Shown here piece by piece: positions 1-7,721 of a stretch of 51,599 bases of DNA. The DNA comes from Candidatus Methylomirabilales bacterium (GTDB taxonomy: Bacteria > Methylomirabilota > Methylomirabilia > Methylomirabilales > CSP1-5). Every line of letters begins with the position of its first letter. The stretch's first letter is position 1. The notes under the pieces were generated by a model. That model did no database searches. It saw only the letters and a list, made by a program, of their open reading frames with translations, and had not been told where the DNA came from. Position numbers and translations under genes: made by a program. Where the stretch lies: the NCBI GenBank assembly GCA_046758505.1, contig JBHIAH010000012.1, positions 1 to 51,599 of the forward strand. The letters run 5' to 3'.

Positions 1-409
1 TGGCCTTCTCCACGTGGTCGACCCCCGCGAAGACGCCCACCGTGACCCGGAGCTGCGGGTAGGAGCGCTTGATCAGGTCGAGCAGGTAGGGGAGCGAGAC
101 CGTCACGGCATCCACCCCCATCTCTACTAGCCAGTCAAGGAGGGTGCGGATCTGGCGTTGCCCCCTGCGCGTCCACTCCCGATTGTCGAGGCAGGCTGCG
201 TTGAGCAGGTAGTTGAAGCGGATCCCGTGCCGGTGGGCCTCCCGGACATGAGCCGCGAGCCCTCGCTTCGTCAGCGGAGAGAGCATGTACGAGGCTCGGC
301 CTCCTCCCAGGGGATCGACTGGGAGCTTGCCGAACAGCTCGTGCACCGGATAGCCGTTGAGCGCCTCGATCAGCTCGGGCTCGAAGTTCGTGGCGACGCT
401 TAGCCGCAC
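1..409 (-). CDS. Peptidase U32 family protein (5' part; runs off the window edge)
   Basis: Not in the ORF track. Manual translation from GTG at 409 (GGAGG upstream) gives MRLSVATNFEPELIEALNGYPVHELFGKLPVDPLGGGRAS...HGIRFNYLLNAACLDNRE...MGVDAVTVSLPYLLDLIKRSYPQLRVTVGVFAGV, a typical U32 TIM-barrel N-terminus. Confidence 0.8.
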   Translation of the reverse strand, partial: MRLSVATNFEPELIEALNGYPVHELFGKLPVDPLGGGRASYMLSPLTKRGLAAHVREAHRHGIRFNYLLNAACLDNREWTRRGQRQIRTLLDWLVEMGVDAVTVSLPYLLDLIKRSYPQLRVTVGVFAGVDHVEKA

Positions 410-416
410 CTTCCAG

Positions 417-620
417 TCACCTCCGTCCGCTGAGGACCCTCAGCGCCAGCGCTTTTCAGGGTCAGTAGCGGACGGCCGACGTGAGGACCAGAGCGAGGCC
501 GGCTAGCCCGCTCACCCAGCCGGCCCAGCCCGCCAGGCTCACTCCGAGGAGAATCAGGAGGACGCCCCCAATCAGACGGGCCCACCGCTCCACTGCCCCG
601 ATATTCTTCGCCGTTAACAT
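417..620 (-). CDS. DUF2892/YgaP-like two-TM membrane protein with in-frame UGA codons (candidate selenoprotein); conventional stop at 462-464
   Basis: ATG at 620; KNIGAVERWARLIGG followed by two hydrophobic helices. UGA (462-464) falls where the family's Cys of (F/W/Y)CP is expected, and a second UGA is at 456-458. Read-through ends at TGA 417-419, giving 67 aa. Confidence 0.7.
428..445 (-). other. SECIS-like hairpin CGCTGAG-GGTC-CTCAGCG
   Basis: Perfect inverted repeat. The G-starting loop lies 23 nt after the first UGA and 17 nt after the second. There is no U-tract, so it is not a typical intrinsic terminator. Confidence 0.5.
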
Positions 621-795
621 TTCCTGTTCGCTCGCTTCGTCTGCCCTACTGCCGGCTGCTGCACCAGCCCACTGGCCGGGCCCGCGGATCCTGTCGCGGC
701 GAGCAGCCCCCGCCGACCGCGCCACCCGCTGGGCCTCGTCCTGAGACTCGGTGATTTCGGTTCAGGGCCCTTCTGTGGTGACCTCGCCGACTCCA

Positions 796-1182
796 TCACG
801 TGACGCGCCGCCGTGCGAGAACGTCGACGATCTCCGCCATTCGGCTCCCCGGGGTAAAGACCCCGGCCACCCCCATGGCCTCGAGCGCCGGGATCAGGTG
901 CAGGGGAACGATCCCTCCCACGAGGACCTGGATCCCGTCAGCCCCTTGTCTTTCGACTTCCTCCATGAGCCGAGCCACGAGGATGTCGGGAGCGCCATCC
1001 ATGATCCGGTAGCCGATCCACTGCACATCTTCGGCGAGCGCTAGCTGGACGATCTCGCGGGGAAGGAGGCATCCCCCCAAGATCACCTCGATACCCGCGT
1101 CCCGAAGCCCCCTGGCCACAACCGAGTACCCCACGGTGTGGCCCGGGGTGTCCGCAACGAGGAGAAGGCGCACCGGGCCCAT
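796..1182 (-). CDS. Cobalamin-binding subunit of an acyl-CoA mutase (MCM C-terminal-like), with non-canonical motifs
   Basis: PGHTVG..VVARGLRDAGIEVI..LVGGIVP..GVAGVFTPG match the B12-binding domain. Lies directly downstream of the mutase large subunit. Confidence 0.9.
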   Translation of the reverse strand: MGPVRLLLVADTPGHTVGYSVVARGLRDAGIEVILGGCLLPREIVQLALAEDVQWIGYRIMDGAPDILVARLMEEVERQGADGIQVLVGGIVPLHLIPALEAMGVAGVFTPGSRMAEIVDVLARRRVT

Positions 1183-1184
1183 GC

Positions 1185-2846
1185 TCAGCGCCAGAAGTAC
1201 ATGGCCCCCCGGAAGGGCGGCTCGCCCACCGCCGCTTCCCTCACCCTCGCAATCTCGCCGATGCTGAGGCAGGCCCTGACCGCCTCCAGCATGGGGGGGA
1301 TGATGTTGACTTTCTCCCGGTAGGCCTCGCCCAGGCGTTCTTTTGCCCGGTCCGCCGCGACCGGATCCCGCTCAGCCCGGACCTTCCGAAGCCGTGCAAT
1401 CTGCTTGTCCCGCCAGGCCGGGTCGTACTCGAAGAGCGGAAGGGCCGGGACCCCTTCCTCATCATCCGCCTTGAACTGGTTCACGCCCACCACGACCTGC
1501 TGGCCGGCGTCGATGGCACGCTGGCGCCGGGCGGCTTCGGCCTCTGTCTGCTCATCCATCCACGAAAACGCCCGGGCGGGCTCCATGGCCTCGAGCGTCT
1601 CGAGGAGCTTGCCGGCTTCCTCCTCCAGCTCGTCCGTAAGCGCCTCGATGCAGTACGAGCCGCCCAGGGGGTCGATGACCTTCGCCACGCCGCTCTCGTG
1701 GAGGATGATCTCCTGGGTCCTGAGGGAGAGAATGGCCGAGAACTCGGTCGGAATGGCCAGGGCTTCGTCGAAGGAGTCGACCGACAGCGACTGGGCGCCT
1801 CCGAGGGCCGCGGCCAGCGCGTGGAGGGTGGAGCGGATCACGTTGTTGAGCGGTTGCTGGGCCGTGAGTCCCAGGGCCGAGGTCTGGACATGAAAGCGCA
1901 GGACCCAGGACCGCGGGTTTCGCGCGCGGAACCTCTCCCGCATCAGGCGGGCCCACATCCGCCGCATCGCCCGGAACTTGGCCACCTCTTCGAGGAAGTC
2001 GCTCTCGGCGCTCAGGAAGAACGAGATGCGGGGGGCGATGACGTCCACGTCGAGGCCCCTGGCCAGAGCTGACCGGACGGTAAAGGCTCCCTGGTAGAGG
2101 CTGAAGGCGATCTCCTGGGGCGCGGTCGCCCCGGAGTCCCGGAGGTTGCGGACCGAGATGCTGGTGTGGTTCCAGCGCGGCATGTGCTTCGTGCAAAACT
2201 CGATGATGTCGAGGGAGGCGTTTCCCTTGAGCTCCGGTCCCTCCCCGCCCGGCGTCGCCCAGTTCTGGATCGTTCCCCGGAGCCGCTCCCAGGGGATCCC
2301 CCGATTCTGGGCCACTGCCAGGAGCATGGCGAACACGGGAACGGAGGCCCCGATCTGCGTCAGGCTGATCGCCTCCATCTCGATCCCGTCCAAGAGCGTC
2401 TCCATATCCGCTAGGGTGTCGATCCAGACCCCACCCCGGCCCAGGTGGGCCAGGGAGCGCTCGTCGTCGGAGTCGTAGTTCTGGTACCCCATCCCGCAGA
2501 CGCTGAACCCCGTCTGCCCCTCGGCGAAGAGGCGCTTGAGGCGGGTGTTGGTCTCTTCCGCCGTCCCGAGCCCCACCACCTGCCGCCGGGTCCACTCCCG
2601 CGCCCGGTGTCCGGCGGGAAAGACGCCTCGCGTGTAGGGGTAGTCCCCTGGGAACCCGAGATCCCGGAGGTAATCCGCCCCCTGGACGTCCAGGGGGGTG
2701 TAAAGCAGCTTGAGCGGAAGACCCGACTGCGTCCGCGCCTCCGGATCGTCCCCCCCGCAGGCGCCGAGGATTGCTCGAACCCGCTTTTCGTACTCCTGGC
2801 GGGCCATCTTGAGCTGCCTCAGCGCTTCCGCGGCTCCCATCGCCAC
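1185..2846 (-). CDS. Methylmalonyl-CoA mutase-family large (substrate-binding) subunit, divergent
   Basis: PGDYPYTRG, WTRRQ, YDSDD, GTIQN, EEVAKFRAMRRMWA, RFHVQTS, LTAQQPLNN, DEALAIPT and DPLGGSY motifs. Start is GTG 2846 or ATG 2840. Confidence 0.92.
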   Translation of the reverse strand: MAMGAAEALRQLKMARQEYEKRVRAILGACGGDDPEARTQSGLPLKLLYTPLDVQGADYLRDLGFPGDYPYTRGVFPAGHRAREWTRRQVVGLGTAEETNTRLKRLFAEGQTGFSVCGMGYQNYDSDDERSLAHLGRGGVWIDTLADMETLLDGIEMEAISLTQIGASVPVFAMLLAVAQNRGIPWERLRGTIQNWATPGGEGPELKGNASLDIIEFCTKHMPRWNHTSISVRNLRDSGATAPQEIAFSLYQGAFTVRSALARGLDVDVIAPRISFFLSAESDFLEEVAKFRAMRRMWARLMRERFRARNPRSWVLRFHVQTSALGLTAQQPLNNVIRSTLHALAAALGGAQSLSVDSFDEALAIPTEFSAILSLRTQEIILHESGVAKVIDPLGGSYCIEALTDELEEEAGKLLETLEAMEPARAFSWMDEQTEAEAARRQRAIDAGQQVVVGVNQFKADDEEGVPALPLFEYDPAWRDKQIARLRKVRAERDPVAADRAKERLGEAYREKVNIIPPMLEAVRACLSIGEIARVREAAVGEPPFRGAMYFWR

Positions 2847-2990
2847 CTCACCCCGAATCCCGGCTCAAGGCAGACGCCCCGCCTCATACACGGCAAGATC
2901 CACCACTTGGAGCCGCTCGGCCCGGGTGCGAGTCTCGACGCGCCGGGTCACGATCTCGTCTCTCATCTTACGCGGTACTTTGAACTCGCA

Positions 2991-3056
2991 GGGTGTCACA
3001 GCTCCAGGAGCATTTGCCCTAATTTGGTAGGTCGATTGCCTCAGTCCAGCCTCATG
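2991..3056 (-). promoter_or_regulatory. Putative promoter/operator, copy A, upstream of the mutase operon
   Basis: Manual ungapped alignment gives 50/66 nt identity to 20906-20971. Contains the imperfect palindrome ATTTGG-TAGG-TCGATT. Confidence 0.55.
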
Positions 3057-3218
3057 TCAGTCCTGCTTCATGGCCATGACGAGGCGGAGGGGGAGTTCCC
3101 GAGTCATGTCACGCATGAGGCCCGGGGGGACCCGGTTCAGGCCGCGAGACCCTCAGCGGACCCCCGTTCCACTGTCAGATCGAGCGTCGGGTGAAGAAGG
3201 AGGAACGCGATCGCCTGA

Positions 3219-4007
3219 TCATTGCAGAGCGCCCGGAACCCGGGCGGCAACGATCCGGGCCAGACGGGTGAGGGCCTGAGCTGCCGGTGATGTTGAAGCC
3301 CGAAGCACCACTGGCTCGCCTACGTCGCCGCTTTCTCGGACCTCAGGATCGAGCGGGATAGGGCCAAGGAAAGGGATTCCCCAGTAGGCGCCCATATCGC
3401 GCACCTTCTGCCCTTGGCCGAAGATCTCCAACGGTTCACCACAGCGGGGACAGAGCGAGCTGCTCATGTTTTCGACAATCCCCAAGAGGGGCACACCCCG
3501 CTCCCGGAACAGCGCCACACAGCGTACCACCGAGACCACGGCCAGGTTCTGGGGGGTGGTCACGATCACCACGCCCGTTAAGGGTAGCTGTTGCACCAGG
3601 GTGATGACCGCATCACCGGTACCCGGGGGCAGGTCCACGATCAGGTAGTCCAGGGTGCCCCACTCCACATCCTGCAGGAACTCCTGGATCACCTGGTGGA
3701 CCACGGGTCCGCGGAAAGCCAGGGCCTCGCGCTCCTCGACGAGGAAGCCCATAGACATCAGCTTGACGCCGTAGTTGCTCAAAGGTAGCACGCGTTGCCC
3801 ATCGGCGGAGCGGGGATGCTGTCCCGCCAAGCCGGTCATCACCGGCACGCAGGGCCCGTAGATGTCCGCGTCCAGCAAGCCCACCTGCGCGCCAACCCGG
3901 GCCAGCGCCACGGCCAAGTTGACGGCCACAGTGCTCTTGCCCACGCCACCCTTGCCGCTGGCCATAGCGATGGCGCAGCGTACGCCCCTCACGGTCCGCC
4001 TCCGCAT
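3219..4007 (-). CDS. mrp: Mrp/NBP35 (ApbC) Fe-S cluster carrier ATPase
   Basis: SGKGGVGKST, DADIYGP, DLPPGTGD, VTTPQ and ENMS..CPRC motifs. ATG 4007 preferred over 4085, which overlaps the upstream gene. Confidence 0.93.
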   Translation of the reverse strand: MRRRTVRGVRCAIAMASGKGGVGKSTVAVNLAVALARVGAQVGLLDADIYGPCVPVMTGLAGQHPRSADGQRVLPLSNYGVKLMSMGFLVEEREALAFRGPVVHQVIQEFLQDVEWGTLDYLIVDLPPGTGDAVITLVQQLPLTGVVIVTTPQNLAVVSVVRCVALFRERGVPLLGIVENMSSSLCPRCGEPLEIFGQGQKVRDMGAYWGIPFLGPIPLDPEVRESGDVGEPVVLRASTSPAAQALTRLARIVAARVPGALQ

Positions 4008-4029
4008 CCCCGCAGGGCCGCAGCCATTC

Positions 4030-5208
4030 TTACTTCGCCTCCGCCTTGGGCGGGTAGAACGTCTCGTTGTGATCTGTCGGCTCACCTTCGTAAGCGAAGC
4101 TGTTCACGTAGGCCATGACTTTGAAGATTTCTCGAGTGGTGAGCTTCCCTTCCCAGGGCGTCATGGGCGTGTCCGGCACCCCCTTGGCGATGCGCCAGTA
4201 CCAGTAGGTATCAGACCAGCCTTCCACCAAGTCCGGGTCGCGGAAGTCAGCGGCGCCGGTCACGATGGGGACACCATCTCGGCCGTGGCAGGCAGCACAG
4301 ACCACGTCAGAATGGACCTGGCCCTCGTAGATCGCCTTTCCCTCCGCAAGGACCTGGGGGTCGGTCCACCAGCCGGCCGGCATGGTCCGCTGATACTCCA
4401 GAGGGATCTCGTAGAACGGGCCGCGATCCCCTTTGGCCGTGCCCGGGAAGAGAGGCCTGGGAGTTTGAACGGAGGCATCCTGGAGGGTAGCGAGGTAGGC
4501 CACCAGGGCGCTGATCTCCTCCTCGCTCATCCGCTCGCTGTAGTCATCGGGCATGGTCACCTTGTTGTACTCTTCCTCGAAGCCCTCTGCCAGAGACGAG
4601 CGGGGGTTGAGGAGCTCGGCGTGGATGCTATCGGGGGAGAGGAGGTTTCCGACCTGGTCCAGCTCCGGTCCGCGCCGTTTGACGCCACCCTTCCCGCCGA
4701 TCTTGTGGCAATTGTAGCACTCCCAGTCGTCGTAGGCGAGCCGGCCGCGCTCGATGAGCGCCGGGGAAGGGCCAACCGGGGCTCCCTCAGAGGCTGCCGA
4801 GGCCTGGGTTACCTGATCGCGCTTCACCAGGGCCAGCCCGAGCTCCTCCGCTCTCTTGCGCAGGGCTTCAATGCGCTGGGGCTTCTGCCGCTCCAGAAAA
4901 GAGCGCTGGAGGCGGGCGATCTTCTGCTGCTCCACCTCCGGGCTGTACTGGGGCAACAGCCAGCCTGCCAGCACCAGGGCGGCGGAGGCGATCAGGAAGA
5001 CAGCCAGGATGGCCACGCCACCGTGGCGTGGCTGCGCACCAAAGCGCACGTCCAGCAGCACAAAGAAGGGAAGCGCAATGAGCACGTAGCCCACGAAGTA
5101 GAGGCGAAAGACGGTTGGGAAGCCGATAAGACCGCTGGCGAACCAGACAACGATGGCAAGGACTCCGGTGGCCACCACCTTCCAACGGAGATTCCGCCAC
5201 CAACTCAT
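4030..5208 (-). CDS. Membrane-anchored diheme cytochrome c
   Basis: C-terminal part of ORF 4030..6129. ATG 5208 overlaps the upstream TGA (ATGA). Three N-terminal TM segments, then CYNCH..TMP and CAACH..PMTPW. Confidence 0.88.
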   Translation of the reverse strand: MSWWRNLRWKVVATGVLAIVVWFASGLIGFPTVFRLYFVGYVLIALPFFVLLDVRFGAQPRHGGVAILAVFLIASAALVLAGWLLPQYSPEVEQQKIARLQRSFLERQKPQRIEALRKRAEELGLALVKRDQVTQASAASEGAPVGPSPALIERGRLAYDDWECYNCHKIGGKGGVKRRGPELDQVGNLLSPDSIHAELLNPRSSLAEGFEEEYNKVTMPDDYSERMSEEEISALVAYLATLQDASVQTPRPLFPGTAKGDRGPFYEIPLEYQRTMPAGWWTDPQVLAEGKAIYEGQVHSDVVCAACHGRDGVPIVTGAADFRDPDLVEGWSDTYWYWRIAKGVPDTPMTPWEGKLTTREIFKVMAYVNSFAYEGEPTDHNETFYPPKAEAK

Positions 5209-6659
5209 CGACCGACCTCTCCCGGGAGAACCTCCTGCTCTGGTTTTCCCAACTTGTGGCTGAGCCAGATGATGAAGGTGATGAGAAGAAAGAAGATCAG
5301 AGAGATAGCGGTGACCACCAGGGTCGAATAGAACAGGGTGGGCGTGAACGGTTCGGCGGTGAAATCGGGGATGGCGTTGTAGACGTGGAAGCTCTTGCGC
5401 ATGAGAGAGCGCACAGCCCCCATCAGCCCCATGGTCCAGATGGCTGCGAACGCCAGGACGATCAGGGCATACTGGGAAGGCGTCTCGATCCTCCCCCACG
5501 TGATGCGCCCCCGGCGGATGGCGATGCGGTAGAAGACGTAGTTCGCGAGAGTGACCAGCGCGGTCCAGGCGGCCGCGGCATTCTTGGCCGGCATCAGAGC
5601 CAGGAACCCAAGATGGGCCGGGAGCTCCATCTGGGCAATGAGCGCCTCCTCGGTCATGCCAGGGGGCAGCATCCCTGACTCGAGGATCATGGTGGCGAAG
5701 AAATGCCGGGGGGTCGCCCAGATGGCATTGCCCAGGAAGATGAGGGCGAAGCCGATCTTCATGGGCAGGGCGAAGCGGTCCCCGCCCTCGATCCGCCTGA
5801 CGCTCAGCCACATATAGTAGTTGGCCGCCAGGAAGAGCAGTCCCACCAGGATCCCTTGCATCTCGAAGAACATCGAAAGCCGGTCCGACATCAGGTAGAT
5901 CCCCAGGGAGGCATCGTAGGCGTAGATCTCCCGGCCGTAGATGTAGCCTGGAACCATCAGCAGGACAAAGGTAGCGGTGCCGATGAGATTGCCGCTGAAC
6001 CCCATCCAGTCGTAGAAGGCCCGCTCCCCGGGGTCCTTCGAGGTGAGGTACATGTAGGCCGCCACCAAGCCCGTGATGAAGCCTCCGAAGACGACGTTGG
6101 CGATGAAGCGGTGGAGGTTCAGCGGCCACCAGGTGGGGTTGTTCATCAGCTGCCAGAGGGAGGCTGTCTGCCAGGTTTCAGGCGGGGTATTCATGAAGGA
6201 GGCGATCGCGTTCTGGTTGAGCATGGTGAGGGCGCCGATGATGTTCAGGCCCACACCGATGGCGATGTGCAACCCCTTGCGATCCTTCAGGGCATCCCAG
6301 CTGTACCAGTAGGTGTACAGGCTCAGGGTCTCCAGGATGAAGAAGACCGGGTAGAGCAGAACCCAGAGCATGAAGAAGCGAGGGAAGAGGAAGCCGGAGA
6401 ACTCCGGGTAGAGCCCGCTCAGCATCAAGGCGAAGAAGCCTCCCAGCAGGGCGGTGAGGCTGTATGCCACGGCTGTGATCTTCGTCATCTCGCGGGCTAG
6501 CCGCTCGTAGCGGGGGTCGTTCTTGCGCCAGCCCAGGTACTCGCTGATGACGATGAAGATGGGCGCTCCCAGGATGAAGGCGGCGAAGTTGAGGTGCAAC
6601 TGGGCCACGATCCAGATGGCTGTCCGGTTGCCGATGATCGGAAAGGCGAGATCAGGCAC
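5205..6659 (-). CDS. Cytochrome bd oxidase subunit I-like (CydA-like, 'bd-like') membrane protein
   Basis: QLHLNFAAFILG, E..SLYTYWY, ASFMNTP, NPTWWPLNLHRFIAN and MGLMGAVRS..R motifs; multi-TM. GTG 6659 overlaps the chaperone stop. No cydB nearby. Confidence 0.85.
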   Translation of the reverse strand: MPDLAFPIIGNRTAIWIVAQLHLNFAAFILGAPIFIVISEYLGWRKNDPRYERLAREMTKITAVAYSLTALLGGFFALMLSGLYPEFSGFLFPRFFMLWVLLYPVFFILETLSLYTYWYSWDALKDRKGLHIAIGVGLNIIGALTMLNQNAIASFMNTPPETWQTASLWQLMNNPTWWPLNLHRFIANVVFGGFITGLVAAYMYLTSKDPGERAFYDWMGFSGNLIGTATFVLLMVPGYIYGREIYAYDASLGIYLMSDRLSMFFEMQGILVGLLFLAANYYMWLSVRRIEGGDRFALPMKIGFALIFLGNAIWATPRHFFATMILESGMLPPGMTEEALIAQMELPAHLGFLALMPAKNAAAAWTALVTLANYVFYRIAIRRGRITWGRIETPSQYALIVLAFAAIWTMGLMGAVRSLMRKSFHVYNAIPDFTAEPFTPTLFYSTLVVTAISLIFFLLITFIIWLSHKLGKPEQEVLPGEVGR

Positions 6660-7272
6660 GGGGCTCTCCCTGCCGAAGGTCTCCCCGCTCGTAAAGCGCA
6701 AAGGCTACCGTCGCCGAGGCCACGGCGCGGTAAAAAGCGTCTTCTGTGCAGGCGTGTACGTTCTCCTTGAACTCCTCAAGCCATCCGTCGAGATGCGCGG
6801 CGACAAACTGACCCAGGGCGGGATCCTCCGCCTGGCAGAGCAAGCCACCATATTCCAGGAGCAAGGCGAGGTGATCGGGGTAGTCCTTGAAGCCTTTCGG
6901 TGTGAGGACGCCCTGGGCCTGGTACCGCCGGAGCATGTCCACCGCGGGAGGTCCCATGATCATGCCCCGGGCCCCCGCGAGGAGACCGCCCTCCCCACCC
7001 CGATCCTTGAAGACGGACTCCACAGGGAGGACGACGGTGGACGAAATGACAAAGAGGGGATAGTAGGCCGATTGGAGCGTGTTCAGCGTCACATCCGGGG
7101 GGCTCGGGATCCGAAGCGCTTGGAGGTCTTCCCGGATCCCGAGAGCGACAAACCCTTCCGTCACCGTCTCATATAAGATACCCTCCGCGACCTCCCTGGC
7201 GAAGTCCTGAGACGGCTCCTTGTAGCACTCGGAAAGGGCGAAATAGAGCTCAGCCCGCTGGTTCCACCTCAC
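6652..7272 (-). CDS. TorD/DmsD-family molybdoenzyme maturation chaperone
   Basis: LPVESVF and PDHLALLLE motifs, H..W, FYRAVA; located in the Mo-enzyme operon. Confidence 0.88.
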   Translation of the reverse strand: MRWNQRAELYFALSECYKEPSQDFAREVAEGILYETVTEGFVALGIREDLQALRIPSPPDVTLNTLQSAYYPLFVISSTVVLPVESVFKDRGGEGGLLAGARGMIMGPPAVDMLRRYQAQGVLTPKGFKDYPDHLALLLEYGGLLCQAEDPALGQFVAAHLDGWLEEFKENVHACTEDAFYRAVASATVAFALYERGDLRQGEPRA

Positions 7273-7706
7273 CGGTTCTGCTTAAGGACTTGCTCCGGAA
7301 ACACACCGAAGAGGAGTTTGACCTTTTTCTTGTGGGTCTCAATGAAGTCGTAACTCTTTACGGGGACGTGTCGCTTCTCCGGTTGGCTGAGCATGTCCGG
7401 CCACTGGTCCTTGGTGAACTCCTTGAAAGCAGGGCCGTAGAAGATCTGCCCTTCGACGCCAGCGGCGTTCTCATGGCAGCGCATGCAGTCCTTGGGGTTA
7501 AACGCGATGCCGCCCAGGCCGCCGACCAGGTCGGAGGAGGTCGCGCGTCGGCTGAAGAGCAGGTACGCTGTATCCCTGTCCCAGTCCCGGGCCCGCCGGG
7601 CTTTGCCGATCGGCACACGACCGACCTCGGCTGCGGGGATAGGGGCTACCATCACGAGCAGCAGCGCCACCAAGAGAGCCCCTGAAAGCATCCGCGACCG
7701 CCCCAT
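7269..7706 (-). CDS. Exported monoheme cytochrome c
   Basis: Sec-type signal peptide and a single CMRCH; lies between the Fe-S subunit and the chaperone. Confidence 0.75.
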   Translation of the reverse strand: MGRSRMLSGALLVALLLVMVAPIPAAEVGRVPIGKARRARDWDRDTAYLLFSRRATSSDLVGGLGGIAFNPKDCMRCHENAAGVEGQIFYGPAFKEFTKDQWPDMLSQPEKRHVPVKSYDFIETHKKKVKLLFGVFPEQVLKQNR

Positions 7707-7721
7707 GATCCACCCCCCCTT

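Noticed and set aside
621..725. N-terminal extension of the DUF2892 ORF given in the track
   Set aside because: Family similarity starts at MLTAKNIG (ATG 620, AGGA upstream).
614..799. 61-aa minus-strand ORF filling the gap between the B12 subunit and DUF2892
   Set aside because: It abuts both neighbours but is low-complexity with no motif, so it cannot be supported as a gene.
3057..3218. Possible cobalamin riboswitch upstream of the mutase; some CCTCATG/CATGAGG inverted repeats present
   Set aside because: No B12-box or GCCACTG-type conserved elements were found by eye. An Rfam/Infernal scan would be decisive.
5209..6129. Long N-terminal extensions of ORFs 4030..6129, 15641..17506 and 23378..25885
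   Set aside because: They are alternative-frame overlaps with real upstream genes. True starts were placed at stop/start overlaps or RBS sites.
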